Below, one piece after another: positions 55,334 to 64,000 of a stretch of DNA of 64,000 nt (positions within the stretch are counted from its first letter, which is position 1; each line of letters starts with the position of its first letter). Under the pieces are notes generated by a model, which saw only the letters and a list, made by a program, of their open reading frames with translations, was not told the origin of the DNA and made no database searches. Source of the DNA: Zootoca vivipara (Eukaryota). A program made the position numbers and the translations under genes. The stretch spans positions 34,348,001-34,412,000 of the forward strand of contig NC_083287.1 of NCBI RefSeq assembly GCF_963506605.1, read 5' to 3'.

Positions 55334-58300
55334 TACCCTGCCCATCTGGCTGAGTCTCCCCAGCCACTCTGGGCGGCTTCCAACAGAACAGAACATTAAA
55401 ATGCAATAATCTATTAAACATTAAAAGCTTCCCTAAACAGCACTGGGGCACCATCTAAAACCAAAGGAAGCATACTATTTCTTTCAAAAAGATTGCTTTC
55501 ATCATTTACCAGTTTACGTCGCTTTAGAACTCAATCCCATGCAAGTTTACTCAAAAGTAGGTCCTATTAAGTTCAAAGCATGTGTGCACGGGTTTTTAGC
55601 TCTAATCAGTTAAAACCAATTTGATTCAACCGACTCTTTACTTTAATCAGGTTGCAATAATTTATAGTCACAAATAAATTGCTATCAGAGAGAAGGAGGT
55701 TTGTACTAATCAGTTCTGAAATCTCTAATGTTTAATTAACTGTGCCTGTCCCAGATATCTTTGTGCTTTGAGAACTCAGTGAAGCTAGTCAGGCAGCTAA
55801 CCCACAACAGGTCTAAATAAAGGAACCCGTGTCTACAGAAAAAAGGTGCACAGAGAGGACATACCTGCTTCTCATACTGTTCCTTAGAGTGCGCAATGTC
55901 ATTTAGCACTTTCTGATCCAACCTGAACACAAGTTCCTCTGGCCAGGGCATATCCCGCACTTTGTCTGGTCCCTGTTTTTCATTTCAAAAGATGAGAGAG
56001 TAGTCCCAAGATTTATTTCCATAAACGTGAGGATCTTATTATTAACTGGCATAGGATGGAACTGTAAATCTTTCATACCTTCCACCTTCCCTCCGACTCA
56101 GCAACCTTGGCATCGATGTAAGAACAGAGGACTACCAAAACCATGGCATCTAGAGGAGAATGCTGAAACATTCGCAAAACAGAAATGACTGTATTAGTGC
56201 ACCAGAAATTTGGGCCCAAACTTACTGATTTTGATTCTCTGGCATTCCTCCACAAAAAGACTCTCAAGGTGTAGCACTCTCAAGGTGTTTTGCATTGCAA
56301 TGATAGGCCACACCTTCTATTTATTGTGGTTTATCAGAAATGAGTAATCGTGCTTGTGAACACTGAGCAATTCCTCCCACTTTGCTACTCTCATAACAAG
56401 AGTGCCCTGGCTTTCCTTTATGTCTGTAACAGTAATTATGTTTTGTTGTCCCTAACTAGCCATGATCCTTGGCCAACCTGAAGCCATGTTTTGTCGTTCG
56501 TTTTGCTGACTAGGGAGCAACAAACCAAGGCTTCCTGGGGTATTCCATTTGCACCAGGGAAGGCTAAGTTCAGTCAGCATACTGCCCTTTCTAGATAAAC
56601 CACCCGGGGCCTGAAAACTGGTTTATGGTTATGTGCAAATGCATTCATTGCGAGTTTCTTTCATTATGTTATGCTTCTTTTTTATTCAGTATATTAGCTA
56701 GCCAGCTATATCCCTCAGACTATGGCACTCTGTATCAAATGAAAGGAACTCCTTTATAAATTGTTATTTATTTGAGGTATTTGTGAAAGCAGAGTGCTAA
56801 AACTGAAACTGCTATTCAAAAAGACACAACACCTTTTTTACCACCAACTTTAAAAAGAATGTAGGATTTAAGGAAGACAAAGAATTGATGGGGCCTCAGG
56901 TAAAAAAAAATCTACTTACATCACAGTTTGAACCCAACACTCCATTTGAGAATATAATGCAGTTGTAGGATTTGTCTCCCCAGCGTAGCGTTGGATCTCC
57001 CGATAGAGCCAAAGTGGTGATCTAAGTCAAAAGTTAACATTTAAGTTCCAAAAGAAAAGCTTGCAGCGTTACCCTTGGCAAAAAATGAACAGAAGATCAA
57101 AATGAAATCATAAAGTTCCCATATCAGCTGGCTGCATCTAAGGGTGAAATGAGACAGCAAATTCCCGAACTGCCCTTTGATTCCTCCCCACCCAGAACTG
57201 GCTTCTGCAGGGGCCATTCCACCTGATCATTCATTATAGAACAGTATGAAACAGTTTGCACATTAATTTGCATTATTTTCCTCCTCTCTCTTCATTCCTT
57301 TTCAGTTTTCTTTCAAGTCTCTTAGACTATAGGCCACTAGTTTAAACTAAGTGCTTCAGCAGAAAGGTGGCATTTTAACGGAGCAAAGAAAGAACAGACT
57401 AACAGTTGCTCAAAATACAGTCGTACCTCGGCTCCCAAATGCCTTGGGAGTCAAACGTTTCAGCTCCCCAACGATTGAAAACCGGAATTGAGTGTTCCAG
57501 TTTTCGAACGTTCTTTTGGAAGCCAAATGTCTGGCGGGGCTTCCACGGCTTCCGATTGGCTGCAGGAGCTTCCTGCAGCCAATCAGAAGCCGCACTTCAG
57601 CAGTCGAACATTTTGGAAGTCAAACAAGACTTCCGGAACGGATTCTGTTTGACTTTTAAGGTACGACTGTACAGTTCTTCTTCTCATTAGCTCTTTTCGA
57701 TATAGACTAAAGTACTGATATACACGTATGTGGCTAGTGCATTTGCCTGTATACACCGATATTTTATAGCACCGGTTGAACCGAAGATGCCAGTCTCCCA
57801 ACACAAGCAAATGGTCCTCAGCCCCCACGTTTGGAAGCATGTGTTTTCTGACCAAAGTTTATCATTAAACGTTACAAGCACTTGCCACCAAAAAATACAA
57901 ATAAGCCCTAAGAAATGACCACAACACTCCCACAGTTCAGTATTACAGTTAATGTCCAACAATCCTCTCGCTGCTAATCAGTGTTTTCCCTCTTTGCCTG
58001 TCCTCGAGAGCTGCCTGTAGAAACCATGTTGCTATATAACCACTGCAATAAGCCAAGATATAAAAGGCATGAAGATTAATGTTGATATTTAATTCCGATG
58101 GTTGTTTTGTAATCATTACTGTGATCCAACTTTGGTTGAGTTGGGGATTGTTTTGTATTTTATCAGAATTTTCGTTGTGCAACATCCAGCTGCACAGGTC
58201 TCGTTCTCTCTCCCATTTGACAAGCTTCTGATTGGGATGGAAATTTCCTTTGGCCTGAGCGAACGGCCGTCTTCCCTCTCATGACACGTGCTACTTTCTC

Positions 58301-61300
58301 AGGAGCATAACTGCCCTGCCGGCACTTTGGTGTTGTGCATCATGTTCATTTCCACTGTTTACTTGTGACATGCTGCAGCCTGTTCTGTGAGCGCCGTAGC
58401 AGAGATTGTTTAGCAGAGGGCGAGATGTGCCAGCCTCGTGTCGACATTGACACTGCACAATAGGTCCTATCTTAAAACAGTATCACTATTATATTAGGGT
58501 AATTGATGGGTGGAGTGAAACCTACAGCTTCGAGGACAACATGTTTATTTAACATGAAGCAGGTTATTAAGAACTGCACAGAATATGAAATCCAGCAATC
58601 CAGTAATCCAGAATTACCTCTGTATAATTTTCAGGTGTAGCTTGAGGACTCAGTCCATCGAGGCAGACTACAAATAAACTGCTCTGTATTTTTTCCAAAA
58701 GGGACAGGTTCTTTGGATCCAAGTTGATAAGATAGTCGCGTGTCTAAGAGACAAGTGTAGTCTTGATTAAACATCAAAAAAACACATCAATCCCAGCAAA
58801 CGCTGCCTCCCACTACAAAAAGAAATGAAGTGTACCAACCTTTGCCCATGGGGTTCTTTCCTGAGATGTTAAGGCAGCCAATCCTGGCCCTTTGGGTTCA
58901 TTTTGGCATCTCTTTTTGATGTAGGAAAGTTGCCTTGAAGGAATTAAAATAAAAAATGAGAAATTAAAGCTAGTCAGTAGTTCAGATGCAAAATATCAGT
59001 TAAGGTACTCTCTTATGCCGAGTACCCAGAACTTGAAACTAACTAATTCAAGTTCCAGTGTCCTATCAGCTAGGCCATCCTGCCTATCTTCATATGCCCA
59101 CATGCTTTCTCTCAGACCCCACCAGGAGTCTAAGATGGTCTGATTAATTGTTTGCATGCCTCCTCTGAACTCATTTCAGACTCATGCCTTTTACAACTAC
59201 AGTGGTACCTCTGGTTACAAACTTACTTCATTCTGGAGGTCCGTTTTTAACCTGAAACCGTTCTTAACCTGAGGTACCACTTTAGCTAATGGGGCCTCCC
59301 GCTGCCACTGCGCCGGCGCGATTTCTGTTCTCATCCTTAGGTAAAGTTCTTAACTTGAGGTACTACTTCCGGATTAGCGGAGTCTGTAACCCGAAGTGTT
59401 TGCAACCCGAGCTACCACTGGATACCCATGGCAAAAATTGCACAGAACTACTCATTTCCCACGATTTCTAGGAGGCGCACCTATGCTCAGTGGATCTTGC
59501 ACTATTTCTCTGTGGAAATATGTCCTTACAGGTCAACATTCATAGCGCAACCACATATGTGTTTCTCTTTTCTAGCGCGTTCTCTTTTTCACGTCGAGAT
59601 TTTTTAATTTTTAAAGTAATACTTTAATTGCTCTCTGAAGCATGCAAGTTGTCGCGATGCCTTTTCAGAGGAAAGGAGATAGAGGTCAATGGTTGTTTCT
59701 GCAGCAGGGCCCTTTAACGCGGTTGGAAACAGAACAGAGTCAAAAATCTCCTTTTCACCACCACATTCACAGATACAATGAATGGAAGAGATGGTGGTTT
59801 TTCTGGAGATGGAACACAAAAGATTGAAAGGAGAGGGATAGCTGTGGCAGCAGTGGCCCTTGTAACAGCTGCTGTCTGGAAGTTGTCATCCCCTCTTGGC
59901 TGTCCTGCCGCACATTTCTCAACAGCAAACGCCTATTAGCTGTACTTTTAGGACACTCTAGAGCAGGCATCCCCAAACTTCGGCCCTCCAGATGTTTTGG
60001 ACTACAATTCCCATCATCCCTGACCACTGGTCCTGTTAGCTAGGGATCATGGGAGTTGTAGGCCAAAACATCTGGAGGGCCACAGTTTGGGGATGCCTGC
60101 TCTAGAGAGAGGGGAAATGGCAGCCATGGTCTCTTGCAATCCACTGAGCCAAGGTCTCTTGCAATAGTTTGCTCCTTTTCAGCTTTCACTTCTTTTATTA
60201 GTTCCTGTTCACGACACTTGGGAGGTTAGTAGTGACTCACAATGCAATTGGTTTCTTTCCGTTTCTCATGAGGCTGGAGAAAAGCATTAGTTTTATTTCT
60301 TTTTTCCTCTTTTCTTTTCCTTTCCTTTCTGAAATCAGTAATTGAAGCCTGTTCCCATGGGGAGCAGAAGTCGACTAATTAAGAGGCAATTCATCATGAG
60401 TCCCCCATGTATACTGAACAGGAAATAATAAGAGGAGCAGAAACTTCACGGAGGAATATTTTTAAGTCACAGCAAGCCCTTAATAGTGTCAGTATTACTT
60501 TGCTACAATTGTTTTGTTGTTGTTGTTTTGCAATAAAATGCAAAGGAAAAAAATGTCACAAATCAGCCAAGACAGAAAACACTGGAATGCAATGATCTTG
60601 TAATGACGTAATCTGGATCCTCCATAAAAAGTGAGTGAATAACAGACAGGAATTTTAGAGGAAGGCGTTAATGGGAAAGAAACATAATACAGTTGTACCT
60701 TGGAAGTCGAAAAGAATCTGTTCCGGAAGTCCGTTCGACTTCCAAAACCAAATTGCAGCTTCTGATTGGCTGCAGGAAGCTCCTGCAGCCAACCAGAAGC
60801 CGCGGAAGCCCCGTTGAACATTCGGGTTCCAAAAGAATGTTCCAGGGCGTTCCGGATTCAAGGTACAACTGTACAGCTCATGATGAAGTGGAACTCTAAT
60901 ATCAGAGTACAGTCCACAAAACGCTACTGCCTTGCAGATGCCATTTATTTCAATGGGGCTTGCACAACTCCTTTAAAGATGTATAATCTTCCTTGCAAAA
61001 TGTCCCCTCAGTGATTTCAGGGAGACATTTTTAGAATACAAATGTTACTTGTTAACATGTTGGGTAACTCACATTAAATCTACATAGAAACAAAGTAACA
61101 AAGTTGGGTAATGCACATTAAATCTACATAGGAACAAAGTAACAGAAACAAACTTGATCATTGATTTTTAATTTGTACTTATTGTAAATATGCTGTACCT
61201 AAAAATCTCTGGTGGGCTCAATAGTTGACCATCATGTACCCCATCAAATGCAAAAATTCGACCTTGGCACAAGACTATCAAGTGAGATGGAGATTCACCT

Positions 61301-61307
61301 TCACTGT
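47321..61307 (-). CDS. CROT: Peroxisomal carnitine O-octanoyltransferase, spliced, 5'-partial (last 12 coding exons)
   Basis: Exons 61307-61199, 58933-58840, 58743-58618, 57021-56920, 56162-56079, 55972-55865, 54711-54581, 52942-52819, 50894-50816, 49642-49549, 48767-48648, 47441-47321 (1292 nt, in frame). Motifs RWGDKS, CDH (catalytic His), [49 protein letters not shown]; ends in AQL*. CROT-ABCB4/ABCB1 synteny is known in vertebrates. Confidence 0.95.
47546..47682. mobile_element. hAT MITE
   Basis: TSD AACTAGAG. Confidence 0.88.
48185..48453. mobile_element. hAT-Blackjack-like non-autonomous element
   Basis: Ends TAGGGTTGCCATA / TATGCCAACCCTA; related partial copy at 7157-7345. Confidence 0.65.
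48648..48767 (-). CDS. CROT: CROT exon (120 bp; STS carnitine-binding motif)
   Basis: cgcag|...|gtgagg; GGGGNFVLSTSLVGYTRVGGAVVPMVHQGYGFFYRIRDDR. Confidence 0.95.
49007..49150 (-). mobile_element. tRNA-Lys(CTT)-derived SINE with CR1-type 3' tail
   Basis: tRNA-Lys-like head (TAGCTCAGTTGGT...CTCTTAATCTCAGGG) fused to GGACTAG...CCCTTCCAACTCTA tail; partial copies near 13050 and 45732. Confidence 0.75.
49549..49642 (-). CDS. CROT: CROT exon (94 bp)
   Basis: tacag|...|gtacct; FDRHLLGLLLLSKEHSLPVPELFLDPAFSR. Confidence 0.94.
50816..50894 (-). CDS. CROT: CROT exon (79 bp)
   Basis: tgcag|...|gtactt; LGQRKQLMLKAFAKHNKLMKECENGR. Confidence 0.93.
52819..52942 (-). CDS. CROT: CROT exon (124 bp)
   Basis: tctag|...|gtaagc; [38 protein letters not shown]. 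Confidence 0.95.
53670..53805. mobile_element. hAT MITE
   Basis: TSD GACTAACT. Confidence 0.9.
53840..53969. other. Assembly gap (130 N)
   Basis: Run of N. Confidence 0.99.
54581..54711 (-). CDS. CROT: CROT exon (131 bp)
   Basis: ctcag|...|gtaagg; [35 protein letters not shown]. Confidence 0.95.
55287..55455 (-). mobile_element. L2 3' end with (ATT)n tail
   Basis: Reverse complement of the 40290-40420 L2 terminus. Confidence 0.75.
55865..55972 (-). CDS. CROT: CROT exon (108 bp)
   Basis: aacag|...|gtatgt; GPDKVRDMPWPEELVFRLDQKVLNDIAHSKEQYEKQ. Confidence 0.92.
56079..56162 (-). CDS. CROT: CROT exon (84 bp; catalytic His)
   Basis: ttcag|...|gtatga; HSPLDAMVLVVLCSYIDAKVAESEGRWK. Confidence 0.94.
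56920..57021 (-). CDS. CROT: CROT exon (102 bp)
   Basis: cttag|...|gtaagt; GDPTLRWGDKSYNCIIFSNGVLGSNCD. Confidence 0.94.
57418..57669. mobile_element. Tigger-like MITE, second family
   Basis: TA TSD; TIR CAGTCGTACCT; central palindrome GATTGGCTGCAGGAGCTTCCTGCAGCCAATC. Confidence 0.8.
58618..58743 (-). CDS. CROT: CROT exon (126 bp)
   Basis: cttag|...|gtaatt; TRDYLINLDPKNLSLLEKIQSSLFVVCLD...TPENYTE. Confidence 0.92.
58840..58933 (-). CDS. CROT: CROT exon (94 bp)
   Basis: tcaag|...|gttggt; QLSYIKKRCQNEPKGPGLAALTSQERTPWAK. Confidence 0.92.
59200..59420. mobile_element. Tigger-like MITE
   Basis: Same family as 18460 and 38675. Confidence 0.85.
59964..60099. mobile_element. hAT MITE
   Basis: TSD CTCTAGAG. 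Confidence 0.9.
60690..60871. mobile_element. Tigger-like MITE, second family
   Basis: TA TSD; TIR CAGTTGTACCTTG; inverted relative to the 57418 copy. Confidence 0.8.
61199..61307 (-). CDS. CROT: CROT exon (109 bp)
   Basis: ttcag|...|gtacag; SEGESPSHLIVLCQGRIFAFDGVHDGQLLSPPEIFR. Confidence 0.92.
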
Positions 61308-62136
61308 CTGAAAGATGAAAAAGAAAAAGAAAAGCCTGTGAGCATGATAGTAGTCACTGCAAAATGCCAGGTAAGGCGCTGCAACAAATAAAACTGATAC
61401 AATAACCTCTTTTAATCATTACCCAATTCAATGGATAAATGTGTTTTTCAGCCCAACACAAGTCTGCACTGCAAAGATAACTGAAACAGAAAAGCTCTAT
61501 AGCATGATGTGACAACACAGCTGAATATTTAGGATTCTCTGCAATGTTTACCTCTGGAAAGGAAGAAATGAAACATAGCAGGTGTTGGGTGCATTTTGTT
61601 TTATCTGGATGAAAACTGCAGCGATTTCCCGTGGATGCTTGGACACTTTGATCACGATACATTGGTGACTAGAGTATTTTTTTTAAATATCATATTCTTA
61701 AATGATATGAGCATTAGCATCCACACAAACAAGCTTGAAATACTGTGTACTCTTATCAGGAGATGGGTACACAAGTGGGATATTAGTTGGCTAAACTGGT
61801 CCAGACAGCCAGGTGTACACCCAGATGAGCTTTGAGACACAAATTGACCTCAGTAGCTAGACTGGTTGTGAGAGTATTTGGCTGGGGTGGAGTGTTAGGG
61901 AATTTGGCCTGAGACAAAAGCCACTTAAGAGGCTAGTGTGAGGGCCTCTCAAATCTTCAGAAACTGTCAACAAGCACTTTTAAGAACCCCAAATAATTAT
62001 TTGCATTCCCTGATGTATACAGCACTCCTTTAAAAAAATCAGCAATATTACTTTAAAATTCATGCTCTGTCTAGTGGCAGAGTTCATCTCACACCTAGGT
62101 CTACTATCCATGTTCCTAAGGCATTCTGAGTGAATT

Positions 62137-62280
62137 NNNNNNNNNNNNNNNNNNNNNNNNNNNNNNNNNNNNNNNNNNNNNNNNNNNNNNNNNNNNNNNN
62201 NNNNNNNNNNNNNNNNNNNNNNNNNNNNNNNNNNNNNNNNNNNNNNNNNNNNNNNNNNNNNNNNNNNNNNNNNNNNNNNN
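62137..62280. other. Assembly gap (144 N)
   Basis: Run of N. Confidence 0.99.
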
Positions 62281-63037
62281 ATATAAAGGAAGGATGAGGG
62301 AACCAGTACCCCTGACATGCTAATCTTCATTGTATGGCTTTCACCAAATGCTGAACTATACTATTTAGTGTTTTGATTATTGCAGCACTTTTAAATGCTT
62401 CACTTGTTTTTAAAACTATATATTGTGACTGGCCTCAGGACTTTATGGTAAGGGGCAGGTAAGCAATATTACAAATAAACATGTGAGAGAGTTGGCAGGT
62501 CCTCGGCCGTTGCTGACACGGTCCAGGTTACAGGCTCTTTCCTAGAGATGAGAGGAAGAGGAAGCAACTGCAGATGGACTCAGGGGACAGGTTGATAGTA
62601 AAGACGCCAGCCCACAGAAGCAGCCCTTGTGTTGATCTAGAGAAGAACTTCTCACCTTTGAAGAATGGCCTCATCTTTCAATAACCAAGGGAAGAAAGAA
62701 ACGTGAGTGAGCATTTGCTTTCTCCTTAATCACTGCCTCTTCCAGGAGGGGGAATGGGAGAGTTCAAAGGTTCTTATTAGGACATGGGAATATGGATCTG
62801 CCTTGAGACATCTTCATTCCTACAGCTCAGTGAATTATTGCTGCTAATGGTCTCTGCCCTTCGGCCTCAAGTACACAATTAGTGCATACTTCCCTAACTA
62901 CCGTAGATGGCGCAGGTTTATAAAGAAGGCAGGCAGATCATTTTACCTTCAGAAATGTTACATGAAGAAGGCATTCTCGCTTTGTACATCGCAACTACCT
63001 AGATACTGGCATAACTGAAGAGAACAGTGGCAACAGG

Positions 63038-63223
63038 CAGGGCCATCTCAAGCATGTCGGGCGCCCTGGCGCCGTGGTGCAGAGATCGCTCCAGCGCCCC
63101 TGCCCTTGTGGGCGGGCGCAGCGCGCAGCACAGCTTCCGCACGGCTTTGCCGCGCAGCACCCCCCTGCCAGCCCAGCACCCTGGCACTCCGCGCCACACA
63201 GCCTACCCCTAGAGCTGGCCCTG
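63038..63223. mobile_element. GC/CpG-rich hAT-like MITE
   Basis: Ends CAGGGCCATCTC / GAGCTGGCCCTG; 8-bp TSD GCAACAGG. Confidence 0.8.
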
Positions 63224-64000
63224 GCAACAGGGCATGTTTTGCAGAGGCAATCAAAGCGACCGGGTGTGCCTATAAAGATTATTGTCTCACCAAGAGCTCC
63301 ATACACCTGTAAACAACATTCCTGGTGATTACGTGTTCAAGCGGATTAACAGAGGCAACTCAGCATCAACGTAAATGTAACTTTGTCAGTACACTGCATG
63401 ACTGTGGCATCAATTCATATTCCCTGAAGCCTCTTGCACTGATGAATAGTTTTACAACTAGTTTTATTTATATAGACATTACAATCAATGCAATTTAATC
63501 AACCTGCTAACATTCACTGTGACAAAGTACAAACATAATTTAAGAAGCTTTTTTACTGTCAACCAAATCAGGCCAAAGGAAATCCACCCCCTTTTCAATT
63601 AGATTTATAGATGTGATTGAACCTTTTTGTTCTTATGTAGGACTGCAAGATCCTGTTACTGAAGGTGCTATTGTGCTTTGAAGAGTTGCACAAAAAGTCA
63701 AATCTTGTGGCTTTTTAGTGCCAAGATGCTGCAAAGACCATGCTTAACTGAAGTTGTCATTTTAAGTAACTTTTACATAGGTTACAAAGATTTCACTGGG
63801 ACTTTTAACAAATAAGTGACTACTTCCTCTGGATTTCCACACTGCAGATTAAACCTTACTGTGAGGCCAGAAAATGAAACCAAACAATAATACTGATTCT
63901 TAAAACCAGAGCAGCAAAATAAATGGACTTGTGAGCCCTTTTGTATGCAGTGGATGTTACATAAACATGCTTTGTAAAAAATATTTTTTCTTCTAATCAT

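Noticed and set aside
63000-63330. CpG island / CROT promoter and overlapping GC-rich ORFs
   Set aside because: The GC-rich part is bounded by TIRs and an 8-bp TSD, and further CROT coding exons must still lie upstream.
61308-64000. Next upstream CROT exon
   Set aside because: I could not find it on the - strand; it lies beyond the window or possibly within the N gap at 62137-62280.

Overview
Vertebrate (squamate) genomic DNA, most likely a lacertid lizard, judged from Podarcis-type Sauria SINEs, BovB and squamate hAT/Tigger MITEs. Two convergent multi-exon genes fill the window. On the + strand are 23 coding exons of a P-glycoprotein gene (ABCB1-type; equivalents of human exons 6-28; 2792-44754). 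All introns are GT-AG, the frame is intact, and both nucleotide-binding domains (NBDs) are complete. On the - strand are the last 12 coding exons of peroxisomal carnitine O-octanoyltransferase (CROT; 61307-47321; catalytic His present, C-terminus -AQL). The 5' exons of both genes are not visible in the window. The introns are dense with transposable elements (BovB, L1-like, L2, CR1, RTE, Sauria and tRNA SINEs, hAT and Tigger MITEs, a Helitron, Penelope-like insertions), many with readable target-site duplications (TSDs) and nesting. I see no evidence for a wholly new gene system. The best leads are RNA-structure and splicing features: a 651-bp fold-back Penelope-like insertion, an inverted BovB pair bracketing nine exons (circRNA geometry), two pre-miRNA-sized hairpins and a tandem splice donor. 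Comparisons with human proteins and TE families are from memory, not database searches.
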